Positions 9,125 to 17,719 of a stretch of DNA of 32,301 nucleotides are shown one piece after another. The stretch comes from an uncultured Actinomycetota bacterium (GTDB taxonomy: Bacteria > Actinomycetota > Humimicrobiia > Humimicrobiales > Humimicrobiaceae). The notes below the pieces were generated by a model. The model did not search any database, was not told where the DNA came from, and saw nothing but the letters and a program-made list of their open reading frames with translations. The stretch's first letter is position 1. Each line of letters opens with the position of its first letter. A program made the position numbers and the translations under genes. The stretch spans positions 1 through 32,301 of the forward strand of contig CAZLEB010000004.1 of the NCBI GenBank assembly GCA_964558475.1. The letters are read 5' to 3'.

Positions 9125-10165
9125 ATGGAAATTATAAAAAATTCCGGATTGAAATCAATTAAAACCAGATTAAAGAATAACCATATTGGTTTAAATGAGC
9201 TGATCGGGAAACTTACAGACTTAAAAAAGGTTATTGTTATTTGCGGACCAACCTGCACGGGTAAGAGCAAAGTTGGAATTATAATGGCCAAATTACTGGG
9301 TACAGATATTATTTCTGTAGATTCAATGCAGGTTTATAAAGGTATGGATATAGGTACCGATAAATACAATACAGAAAATCATGGAATAAAGCAGTTTATG
9401 ACAGATATATTTGAGCCTGATCATAACTTGAGTGTTATAGAATTTAGAGAAATATGCAATGATATAATAGATAAAAATTTTTTTAAGAAAGGTAAAATCC
9501 CGCTACTTGTAGGAGGTTCAGGACTTTATATAAAAGGAGTAATAAATGGCATGGACATGGTACCCGGTGAAAATAATGAGGTAAGAAAGAGATTAGAAGA
9601 AGAAATAAAGAGTAATGATATTAAGAAATACTATTTAAAATTAAAAAAGATAGATCCGGAATACGCAAAAAAAATAAGTGAAAATGACAGGAGGAGGATA
9701 ATAAGAGCGCTAGAGGTTCATGAGATTTCAGGTTTGCCCTTTTCCAGTTTGCAGAATACCTGGAAAAATAAAAAATCTGCCTATGACGCTATTTTTATCG
9801 GCCTTAAGATGGAAAGAGAGAGGCTTTATAAAAATATTGAAAAAAGAGTGGAGGCAATGTTTGAAAAAGGACTTGTATCGGAGGTAAAAAGACTGGTTGA
9901 TAAAGGTTTTGAAAACTGCAATAGCATTTTACAGGCTGTCGGATACAAGGAAGTACTAAAGTATTTAAAAGGAGAGATAACACTTGAGAGCTGTACTACC
10001 GAGGTTAAGAAAAATACCAGAAGATTGGCTAAAAAACAGATGACCTGGTTTAACTCCGAACCAAAAATCAATTGGATAAGAGTGGATAATTATGATAACA
10101 TTTTTAACTTAACCGGAGATATTTTTAAAATAATACAGACGAGTATAAAAAGTGGAAAAAATTAA
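9125..10165 (+). CDS. miaA: tRNA dimethylallyltransferase MiaA
   Basis: It has a P-loop (GPTCTGKS), DSMQVYKGMDIGT, and the typical length and architecture. The N-terminal 30 or so aa are an extension, so the true start could be later. Confidence 0.9.
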   Translation: MEIIKNSGLKSIKTRLKNNHIGLNELIGKLTDLKKVIVICGPTCTGKSKVGIIMAKLLGTDIISVDSMQVYKGMDIGTDKYNTENHGIKQFMTDIFEPDHNLSVIEFREICNDIIDKNFFKKGKIPLLVGGSGLYIKGVINGMDMVPGENNEVRKRLEEEIKSNDIKKYYLKLKKIDPEYAKKISENDRRRIIRALEVHEISGLPFSSLQNTWKNKKSAYDAIFIGLKMERERLYKNIEKRVEAMFEKGLVSEVKRLVDKGFENCNSILQAVGYKEVLKYLKGEITLESCTTEVKKNTRRLAKKQMTWFNSEPKINWIRVDNYDNIFNLTGDIFKIIQTSIKSGKN

Positions 10166-11009
10166 ATTTTCAAAATTGAACGGTCAGGGTAATGATTTTA
10201 TTATAATAGATGCAACGGAAAATCAAATAAAATTATCCGTAAGTCAAATAACCGAAATGTGCAATAGAAATTTAGGTATTGGAGCAGACGGCCTGATACT
10301 GGTAAAGAAATCAAAAATATCTGACTTAAAAATGGAATATTATAACCGGGATGGTTCAGTTGCAGAAATGTGTGGAAACGGCATAAGATGCATGGCAAGA
10401 TTTGCCTATGAAAAGAATTTGATAAACAGTAACAATATCAACATTGAAACACTTGCAGGGATAAAGAAAATATTTCTGGATATTGAAAATAATAAAGTTG
10501 GAAACATAAAAGTAGGTATGGGCAGTCCTGAATTCAGGCCCGAAAACATTCCGGTAAAAATAAAAAATAAGTACGAGGTTCTTAACTATAAAATAACCGT
10601 AGATTCAAAAAATTTTTATATAAATTGTATTTCTTTGGGTAATCCTCATTGTGTAGTATTTCTGGAAGAAAAAGAAAACCTGGACACTTTTCCTGTAAAT
10701 AAATGGGGTCCCAGGCTGGAAAACCATAATATTTTTCCCAATAAAACCAATGTAGAGTTTATTCAAATTAACAGTAACAAAGAATTGAATATGAGAGTAT
10801 GGGAAAGGGGAGTAGGGGAAACCCTGTCCTGCGGTACCGGTGCATGCGCAGCAGGGGTTTGCGCCGTAAAATTAAAAAAAATTAAAAGAGAAAAAATAGC
10901 CGTTAATATGCCCGGAGGAAAACTTATTATTATCTGGAACTGTCCTGATTCAGAAGTCTATCTGGAGGGTAAAGTAGACTATAGTTTTGATGGCCAGTAC
11001 TATTTATAA
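10152..11009 (+). CDS. dapF: Diaminopimelate epimerase
   Basis: Motifs are FSKLNGQGNDFIIID and the two catalytic Cys motifs (MCGNGIRC and SCGTGACA). The GTG start overlaps the miaA 3' end by 14 nt. Confidence 0.92.
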   Translation: MEKIKFSKLNGQGNDFIIIDATENQIKLSVSQITEMCNRNLGIGADGLILVKKSKISDLKMEYYNRDGSVAEMCGNGIRCMARFAYEKNLINSNNINIETLAGIKKIFLDIENNKVGNIKVGMGSPEFRPENIPVKIKNKYEVLNYKITVDSKNFYINCISLGNPHCVVFLEEKENLDTFPVNKWGPRLENHNIFPNKTNVEFIQINSNKELNMRVWERGVGETLSCGTGACAAGVCAVKLKKIKREKIAVNMPGGKLIIIWNCPDSEVYLEGKVDYSFDGQYYL

Positions 11010-11038
11010 AATATAATTTTTATCGAAAGAGGGAAGTA

Positions 11039-12205
11039 ATGCATTTTGAAGAGTCTGAAAGATTAAAATTGCTGCCTCCGTATTTATTTGCTGAAATTGA
11101 TAAGATGATAAATAAGAAAAAAGAAGAAGGATTGGATGTAATTAGTCTTGGTATTGGTGATCCTGACATACCGACATCAGAAGATATTATTGAAGCCCTC
11201 TGCAGGGAAGCAAACAATCCGGAAAACCACAGATATCCTTCAAGCTATGGTTTAAAGATTTTTAAAGAAGCGGTATCCAGATTTTACTTCCAAAGATTTA
11301 ATGTGATACTTGATCCGGACAGGGAAGTCATACCGCTTATGGGTTCAAAAGAAGGCATATCAAATATGGCGTATACTTATATAAATCCCGGTGATTATGC
11401 AATTATGACTGATCCTTCGTATTTAGTATACAAAATAAGCACTATATTTGCAGGCGGCATACCATATACAATACCCCTTGAAGAAAAAAATAAATTTTTA
11501 TTTGACATAGATGTTATCGGTAAAAAAGTAGCTAGGAGAGCAAAGATTTTATATTTTAATTATCCTAACAATCCAACTTCAGCAACCTGCGATATAAGCT
11601 TTTTTGAAAAAATAGTGGATTTTGCAAAAAAGAATAATATCATCATCTGTCATGATAACGCCTATTCGGACACTTACTGGGGCGAAAATAAACCAATGAG
11701 TTTCTTAAACGCAGGAGGTTCAAAGAATGTAGGAATAGAATTAAATTCACTTTCTAAAACTTTTAATATGACCGGATGGAGAATCGGATACGCAGTTGGT
11801 AACCAGGCAATAATAGAAAGCCTGGGCAAATATAAAACCAACGTTGATTCCGGTGTCTTTAATGCTATTCAGTACGCTGCTGTTAAAGCCTTTGAAAATT
11901 ATGAAAGACATACAGAATACAATAATAGAATTTATAATAAGAGAAGAGAAATGGTTAAAAGAGCACTGGATGATATCGGAATTGATTATTACAATTCCAA
12001 TGCTACTATATACTTATGGGCAAAAGTCCCTAAAAGGTTCACATCAGTATCATTTTCTAAAATGATACTTGAGAAGGCGAATGTAGTAGTAACTCCGGGT
12101 AGTGCTTTTGGAAAGAACGGTGAAGGATATATCAGAATTTCATTAACTTTAAGTGACAGTAGACTGGAGGAAGCTTTAAACAGGATAAGGTGTATTATAA
12201 GGTAG
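11039..12205 (+). CDS. dapL: Class I PLP aminotransferase, probably LL-diaminopimelate aminotransferase
   Basis: The N-terminal LPPYLFAEIDK motif is typical of DapL-type enzymes. The PLP-lysine motif is SLSKTFNMTGWRIGY. The gene is adjacent to dapF. Substrate specificity is inferred, not demonstrated. Confidence 0.68.
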   Translation: MHFEESERLKLLPPYLFAEIDKMINKKKEEGLDVISLGIGDPDIPTSEDIIEALCREANNPENHRYPSSYGLKIFKEAVSRFYFQRFNVILDPDREVIPLMGSKEGISNMAYTYINPGDYAIMTDPSYLVYKISTIFAGGIPYTIPLEEKNKFLFDIDVIGKKVARRAKILYFNYPNNPTSATCDISFFEKIVDFAKKNNIIICHDNAYSDTYWGENKPMSFLNAGGSKNVGIELNSLSKTFNMTGWRIGYAVGNQAIIESLGKYKTNVDSGVFNAIQYAAVKAFENYERHTEYNNRIYNKRREMVKRALDDIGIDYYNSNATIYLWAKVPKRFTSVSFSKMILEKANVVVTPGSAFGKNGEGYIRISLTLSDSRLEEALNRIRCIIR

Positions 12206-12225
12206 TGACAACGACAAAATAACCC

Positions 12226-13530
12226 ATGATAAGAGAAAAAGTAATTTTAGTTTTTATAAATTTTAAAAGTTTTAAAAAAAATACTATAGTAAAGCCTTTA
12301 TACAATAAGACCATAAGCGAAAATATAGAGGAATTAAAAAATTTATCTTTTAGCGCCGGCGCTGAGGTTGAAGAAGTATTATACTGCAAACAAGAAAAGC
12401 CAAATCCCAAATATTTTATAAGTACAGGAAAATTAGAGGAATTAAAAAATATTATAGCTAGTAAAGAAATAGAACTGGTTATCTTTGATGACGAAATTAC
12501 CCCTACCCAGCAGAGAAATCTTCAATTAAAACTTGATACAAAGGTTCTTGACAGAACTGCATTGATTCTTGATATTTTTGCCCAGAGGGCACACAGCAGG
12601 GAAGGCAAGCTTCAGGTAGAATTGGCTCAGTTAAACTATCTTCTTCCAAGACTAACCGGTAAGGGGATTGAACTTTCAAGATTAGGTGGTGGAATTGGTA
12701 CCAGAGGCCCTGGTGAGACCAAGCTTGAAGTAGACAGAAGAAAAATAAGAAAGAGAATCAGCCAGCTTGAAAAGAAAATACACCAGATAGGTATTCAGAG
12801 AGATACGCAAAGAAAAAAAAGAGAAGAAAGAAAAGTATTTCAAATCGCACTGGTGGGATATACTAACAGTGGTAAAACTACACTTCTTAATTCTACTACT
12901 GATTCAAATGCTTATGTAGAAGACAGGCTTTTTTCTACTCTTGACTCAACTACAAGAAAATTAAAAATATACCATAATTCTGAAATCCTGATATCAGATA
13001 CAGTGGGATTTATAGAAAAATTGCCACACCAGCTGATAGCATCCTTTAAATCCACTCTTGAGGAAGTAAAAAGATCGGACCTGTTACTACTGGTTATCGA
13101 TATAAGCAAACCTGATTTTGAGAATAATATTTACAGCGTTAAAGAGGTACTGAAAGAAATTGAAGTAGGGCAAAAACCTATAGTACTGGTATTTAACAAA
13201 ATAGACAAAATAAGAAGCGGGGAGTTAAACAGTTTAAAAATAAAATATAAAGACGCAGTATTTATTTCTGCTTTAAAAAGAAATGAGCTGTCTGAACTAT
13301 ATTCAAGGATAAAAAAAATAACTGAAAAACATTATTTACATATAGTTGTAAAAATTCCCTATAATGAAAATAAAATTATGTCTTTTATTTATAACAATTG
13401 CCAGGTTCTGGGACGCAGGAACATAGAAGACAGCGCTATATTAAACTTACATATGAATTCAAAATATTGTCCTATGTTATCCAGATACATATACAGAGGA
13501 AGGGAGAGCAGGAAAGCCAAAATTGTCTAG
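12226..13530 (+). CDS. hflX: GTPase HflX
   Basis: The HflX N-domain signature GTRGPGETKLEVDRR is present. The G domain has G1 (GYTNSGKTT), G3 (DTVGF) and G4 (NKID). Confidence 0.92.
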   Translation: MIREKVILVFINFKSFKKNTIVKPLYNKTISENIEELKNLSFSAGAEVEEVLYCKQEKPNPKYFISTGKLEELKNIIASKEIELVIFDDEITPTQQRNLQLKLDTKVLDRTALILDIFAQRAHSREGKLQVELAQLNYLLPRLTGKGIELSRLGGGIGTRGPGETKLEVDRRKIRKRISQLEKKIHQIGIQRDTQRKKREERKVFQIALVGYTNSGKTTLLNSTTDSNAYVEDRLFSTLDSTTRKLKIYHNSEILISDTVGFIEKLPHQLIASFKSTLEEVKRSDLLLLVIDISKPDFENNIYSVKEVLKEIEVGQKPIVLVFNKIDKIRSGELNSLKIKYKDAVFISALKRNELSELYSRIKKITEKHYLHIVVKIPYNENKIMSFIYNNCQVLGRRNIEDSAILNLHMNSKYCPMLSRYIYRGRESRKAKIV

Positions 13531-14156
13531 AAATATTTTCTAATTACCCCAATTACTTTTCCAAGTATTTTTACATCGTTTACCACAATAGGTTCCATAT
13601 AATCATTTTCAGGCATTAATTTTATCTTTTTATCGGTTTTAAAAAATCTTTTTACTGTTGCTTCATTTTCCAGCAAAGCCACGATTATTTCCCCGTTTAT
13701 GGCATTTTCCTGTTTTCTTACAATAATATAATCTCTATCCAGTATACCTGCATTAACCATACTGTCTCCTCTTACATGAAGAATAAATACATCTTTTTTC
13801 CCTTTTATAAAATCCGATGTAAGGGGGAAATAGTCTTCGATGTTTTCATCCGCTAAAATTGGCCTGCCGGCTGCTATGTTCCCAATTACAGGAACATATA
13901 CCATGTTATCAAAACCGCGGTCAATTGTTTTATCTTCCTGTCTGGACAGAAGGGAAATAGCACGAGGTTTTGATGGATTTCTTTTCAGGTATCCTTTTTC
14001 TTCAAGTTTCTTTAAATGGGAATGAACTGTTGCAGAGGAGCTTAGATCAACTGCCTTTGCTATCTCTCTTATAGACGGAGGATACCCGGATTCTTTTATT
14101 TTCTTACTTATGAACTTTAATATTCTTTCCTGCCTGGAGCTGATATTCTCTTCCAT
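13527..14156 (-). CDS. lexA: LexA repressor
   Basis: The N-terminal wHTH reads YPPSIREIAKAV. The Ala-Gly cleavage site is NIAAGRP. The catalytic Ser is in GDSM and the catalytic Lys in ATVKRF. Length is 209 aa. Confidence 0.93.
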   Translation of the reverse strand: MEENISSRQERILKFISKKIKESGYPPSIREIAKAVDLSSSATVHSHLKKLEEKGYLKRNPSKPRAISLLSRQEDKTIDRGFDNMVYVPVIGNIAAGRPILADENIEDYFPLTSDFIKGKKDVFILHVRGDSMVNAGILDRDYIIVRKQENAINGEIIVALLENEATVKRFFKTDKKIKLMPENDYMEPIVVNDVKILGKVIGVIRKYF

Positions 14157-14196
14157 AATTTACCTTAAGTAAATAAATAATTTTTCAATTTTAGTT

Positions 14197-14236
14197 ATTA
14201 TAACAAAAAAGCAAATCAAAAGCAAACATAGGTTCG
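14197..14236 (-). promoter_or_regulatory. lexA promoter with an overlapping Cheo-type LexA box
   Basis: Read on the minus strand, the box is CGAACCTATGTTTG (14236-14223). The -35 TTGCTT (14225-14220) overlaps the box, followed by a 17-nt spacer and the -10 TATAAT (14202-14197). The lexA ATG is at 14156. Confidence 0.6.
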
Positions 14237-14253
14237 CTTTTACATTCGATTAT

Positions 14254-15255
14254 TTATTCTTCATCTTTTTTAATCCAGGTCATCATTTTTCTAAGTTCTC
14301 TTCCTACTTTTTCTACAAGATGATTTTCTTCCTTTTCCTTAATTGCATTATATACCGGCCTGCCGGCTTTGTTTTCCAGTATCCATTCTCTGGCAAAAGC
14401 TCCACTTTGAATATCTTCAAGTACTTTTTTCATATTTTTTCTTGTCTCAGCTGTAATAATCTCCTTGCCTTTTACCATATCACCATATTCTGCGGTATCG
14501 CTTATAGAGTATCTCATCCCGGATATTCCGCTTTCATATATCAAGTCTACTATTAGTTTTAATTCACTTAAAACCTCAAAATATGCTATCTCTGGCTGGT
14601 ATCCAGCTTCAACCAGAGTATCAAATCCGGCTCTTATAAGTTCGGTTGTACCTCCGCAGAGGACAGCCTGTTCTCCAAATAGATCGGTTTCCGTTTCTTC
14701 CTTAAATGTAGTGGTTATTATACCCACTCTTCCAGATCCTAAGGCTTTGGCATAAGCAAGACAATACTCTTTGGCTTTTTTTGAGTAATCCTGATAAACG
14801 GCAATAATTGCCGGAACTCCGCTATTTTCCTTATACATTCTTCTTACAATATGACCCGGTCCCTTTGGTGCAATCATTATAACATCGATATCTTCCCTGG
14901 GAATAATCTGATTAAAATGGATATTAAAGCCATGGGCAAAACAGAGTATATTTCCCTTATCCAGGTTTGGCTCTATTAATTTATAATAAATATTTTTCTG
15001 CAGGGTATCTGGCGCCAGAAACATTACAATATCAGCCATTTTTGAAGCATTATCTGTAGTGTAAACTTCAAAACTTTTTTCTTTTGCCATATCCCAGGCT
15101 TCGCTTTCTTCCAGTTCACCCACAATTACATTTAATCCACTATCTCTTAAATTTTGTGCATGTGCATGTCCCTGACTGCCGTATCCAATTATAGCTATTT
15201 TCTTTCCTTTTAAAATATTCATATCAATGTCTTTGTCATAATGAATTTCTGCCAT
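14254..15255 (-). CDS. ilvC: Ketol-acid reductoisomerase
   Basis: This is a 333-aa class I KARI with the NADP-binding motif [19 protein letters not shown] and conserved [19 protein letters not shown] lies 5 nt upstream of the ATG. No other ilv genes are in the window. Confidence 0.95.
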   Translation of the reverse strand: MAEIHYDKDIDMNILKGKKIAIIGYGSQGHAHAQNLRDSGLNVIVGELEESEAWDMAKEKSFEVYTTDNASKMADIVMFLAPDTLQKNIYYKLIEPNLDKGNILCFAHGFNIHFNQIIPREDIDVIMIAPKGPGHIVRRMYKENSGVPAIIAVYQDYSKKAKEYCLAYAKALGSGRVGIITTTFKEETETDLFGEQAVLCGGTTELIRAGFDTLVEAGYQPEIAYFEVLSELKLIVDLIYESGISGMRYSISDTAEYGDMVKGKEIITAETRKNMKKVLEDIQSGAFAREWILENKAGRPVYNAIKEKEENHLVEKVGRELRKMMTWIKKDEE

Positions 15256-15402
15256 TATTCCTCCTATTCATATTTATTAAAATATTTATATCCGGGTAGG
15301 GGACTATATAAATGATTTATTTCCTATTCTAACAAATAACTAAAAAAAGTTATATAAAAATTGAATAATACCAGAGAAAATTCAAAATTTTTTAATTCAC
15401 TA

Positions 15403-15451
15403 TTGACACAAACATATGTTCGGTAGTATTATAATAACGAACATATGTTTG
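15403..15451 (+). promoter_or_regulatory. SOS-type promoter with two LexA (Cheo) boxes
   Basis: The -35 TTGACA lies at 15403-15408. Box 1 is CAAACATATGTTCG at 15409-15422. Candidate -10 elements are TATTAT (15427-15432) or TATAAT (15430-15435). Box 2 is CGAACATATGTTTG at 15438-15451. Each box has one mismatch to CGAACATATGTTCG. Confidence 0.75.
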
Positions 15452-15533
15452 GTTTTTGTTTTTGGTTAAATTGAATAATAAATAATAACTAAAGAATTAT
15501 TAATTAAAAAAATCGATAAAGAGGTATTAATAG

Positions 15534-15836
15534 TTGGAAATGATTAAGATAAATGCAAAAAAAATACTTTTATATATTCTTATAATAATTGTAGTATTTC
15601 TGGTTATAACCGCATTCTATTACAACAGGTACAAATTTAACGGCACAAGTACAACAAGATATACAAAAGTAAATCTGGAATATGAAACAAACTTGAATGA
15701 ACTTGCTAATAAATATTCAGCTAATGAGACCAAAGAAAAATTTGTAAGCGAAATTAAGAGAATAAATAATATAGATTCTTCTGATTATATCCCTGGAAAT
15801 TCAACTATAATTATTCCTATAATCGAAATTGAATAG
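15534..15836 (+). CDS. YneA-like small membrane protein with a C-terminal LysM-like domain (candidate SOS cell-division inhibitor)
   Basis: The 100-aa protein has one N-terminal TM helix (ILLYILIIIVVFLVITAFYY). The LysM-like tail (...LNELANKYSANETKEKFVSEIKRINNIDSSDYIPGNSTIIIPI) has the same layout as B. subtilis YneA. A GAGG RBS lies 9 nt before the TTG at 15534; an alternative ATG is at 15540. The gene lies about 83 nt downstream of the twin LexA boxes. Confidence 0.6.
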   Translation: MEMIKINAKKILLYILIIIVVFLVITAFYYNRYKFNGTSTTRYTKVNLEYETNLNELANKYSANETKEKFVSEIKRINNIDSSDYIPGNSTIIIPIIEIE

Positions 15837-15912
15837 TATAATTTAATATAATTTTTAGGTAATTAAATCTTAAACATTTTTTAAAAATATTTTTAATTGT
15901 TTTTTTATATAA

Positions 15913-16344
15913 ATGGTAACCATTAAAATAAAAGTGCTTAATAAATCAATTCCTTTACCGCAGTATTCCCATATTGGTGACGCCGGACTGGATCTTTATA
16001 GTGCTTCTAACTGCGAATTAAAACCGTTTGAGAGAAAAAAAATACCCACCGGCATAAAAGTATCAATACCAAAGGGTTATGCAGGTTTTATCCAGCCCAG
16101 ATCAGGATTGGCTTTTAAAAATGGTATAGGAATGGTTAATTCACCCGGTCTTATTGATTCCGGATACAGAGGTGAGGTATGTGCTATTCTCATAAATTAT
16201 GATCCTAATAATACTTTTCATATAAAAAAAGGCGACAAAATATGCCAGATGATTATAAAAAAAATTGAAGAAGTTCAGCTAAAAATAGTAGAGCATTTGG
16301 ATGAATCAAGCAGGGGATCGGGTGGATTCGGAAGTACCGGTTAA
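15913..16344 (+). CDS. dut: dUTP diphosphatase
   Basis: Trimeric dUTPase motifs are present: GDAGLDL, PRSGLA, GLIDSGYRGE and the C-terminal SRGSGGFGSTG. Confidence 0.93.
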   Translation: MVTIKIKVLNKSIPLPQYSHIGDAGLDLYSASNCELKPFERKKIPTGIKVSIPKGYAGFIQPRSGLAFKNGIGMVNSPGLIDSGYRGEVCAILINYDPNNTFHIKKGDKICQMIIKKIEEVQLKIVEHLDESSRGSGGFGSTG

Positions 16345-16643
16345 TAAAATTTATAACACGTTTGTTTATTTTTAATTAATTATAGATTGAGTAATAATAT
16401 TAAAATAATATTAATTTAGTAGATTCTTTATTAGCAACCACTGAATATTGTTATAATATTTATTAATTAACGCAGGACATCAGATATTATCCTATACCCG
16501 ATATTAATAATCAAAATTTAATTAAATTGGCTATATTAGTAGCATATGAAAGTATTCTTTATTAAATAAACAACTTCCGATAATATATATTATGTAAACT
16601 TTAGTATTTTTAGAATAAATATACTATCTTCCATCTATTTATT

Positions 16644-17201
16644 TTAAGATGTTTTAATAACTTTAGCCGGATTACCTAATGCAAGACAATTAGCAGGAAT
16701 AGATTTCAAAACTAATGAATGTGCCCCAATCGTTGAGTTATTTCCAATTTTTACTGGACCCAGTACCGTAACATTTGTATATAAAATTACATTATCTCCA
16801 ATTTCAGGATAACCCGGTTGGCCGTGGTGGAAAATAGAATGTCCCAGACCGCCCAGAGTAACATTAGAAAATATACTTACATTTTTTCCAATCTTTACTC
16901 CCCTACCTATTATTACTCCGGCAGAATGCCATATTCTGCATCCGGAACCAATTTCAGCACCGGGATCTATTTCTGCTCCATTAAAAAAATAATTTATTCT
17001 ACTGCAAATTTCAGCCAGAAGTCTTAATTTAATTTTGTATAGTTTACGATAAAACCTATAAAAAATTAAAGCCTGAACCCCCGGTTTAATCAGTATAATT
17101 CTTATAGCTCCCCAGACGCCTGGTTTTCCTTTCATTGTGCCGTATCTGCTTAATAGATGTCTTACATCACCCTTCAGACAGCCATTAGTGTTAATTTTCA
17201 T
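16644..17201 (-). CDS. Hexapeptide-repeat (left-handed beta-helix) acyltransferase, serine O-acetyltransferase-like
   Basis: Hexapeptide repeats read GAEIDPGAEIGSGCRIWHSAGVIIGRGVKIGKNVSIFSNVTLGG...IGDNVILYTNVTVLGPVKIGNNSTIGAHSLV. Length is 185 aa. No partner cys or polysaccharide genes are nearby. Confidence 0.75.
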   Translation of the reverse strand: MKINTNGCLKGDVRHLLSRYGTMKGKPGVWGAIRIILIKPGVQALIFYRFYRKLYKIKLRLLAEICSRINYFFNGAEIDPGAEIGSGCRIWHSAGVIIGRGVKIGKNVSIFSNVTLGGLGHSIFHHGQPGYPEIGDNVILYTNVTVLGPVKIGNNSTIGAHSLVLKSIPANCLALGNPAKVIKTS

Positions 17202-17298
17202 TCTTTAAGTAGAAAATAAATTATTATTAATAAATGTTAATGATTATGAATAAAATAAAGATAATCACTTTGAAATCTTGTGCAACTGTAAAAAATTT

Positions 17299-17691
17299 CT
17301 ATCTATTTAAATATTTAAACAATAAGCTATTGTAATCTTTTTTATAAAATAGTTTTATATTTATATCCGGGTATAATTCTTTTATTTTTTTTATCTTATA
17401 ATTTTTCTTTGTAACTAATTTTTGATTAAGAGTTGTTAGTTCTATATATAAATCAAGATCCGGCAGGTAAAAATCCGGGGTAAAACTTATCCCTGGATTT
17501 CCTTTTTTATCAATTTTTAATATAAAGGTTTTTGGTTCATATTCCCATTTTATTCTGTAAAAATCTAATATCTTGGAAAATTCTTTTTCACTATCGTGTG
17601 CAAATTTTATATTTTCAGAACTTTTATATCTCTCACCTAATTTATTATTTTTATTTAGATTTTCTTTTATTTCTAATAAATTTTTACTCAT
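17299..17691 (-). CDS. Hypothetical protein with possible PD-(D/E)XK nuclease-like core
   Basis: The 130-aa ORF starts 28 nt downstream of the MerR gene on the same strand. The pattern E..FSKILDFYRIKWEYEP...FTPDFYLPDLDLYIELT resembles the helix / beta-D / beta-ExK-like layout of restriction-endonuclease-fold proteins, with Thr in place of the Lys. No family was recognised by eye. Confidence 0.5.
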   Translation of the reverse strand: MSKNLLEIKENLNKNNKLGERYKSSENIKFAHDSEKEFSKILDFYRIKWEYEPKTFILKIDKKGNPGISFTPDFYLPDLDLYIELTTLNQKLVTKKNYKIKKIKELYPDINIKLFYKKDYNSLLFKYLNR

Positions 17692-17719
17692 ACTGTTTTA
17701 TAAAAAACCTTCAATTTTA

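Noticed and set aside
11844-12065. 73-aa + strand ORF inside the aminotransferase gene, and the 73-aa ORF at 13398-13619
   Set aside because: These are alternative-frame ORFs nested in, or running out of, well-supported genes (dapL-like, hflX/lexA). They have no independent support.
9125-13530. Looked for hfq between miaA and hflX, as in the enterobacterial miaA-hfq-hflX order
   Set aside because: No Sm-like ORF is present. The interval is fully occupied by dapF and the aminotransferase. Absence of hfq from this window says nothing about the rest of the genome.
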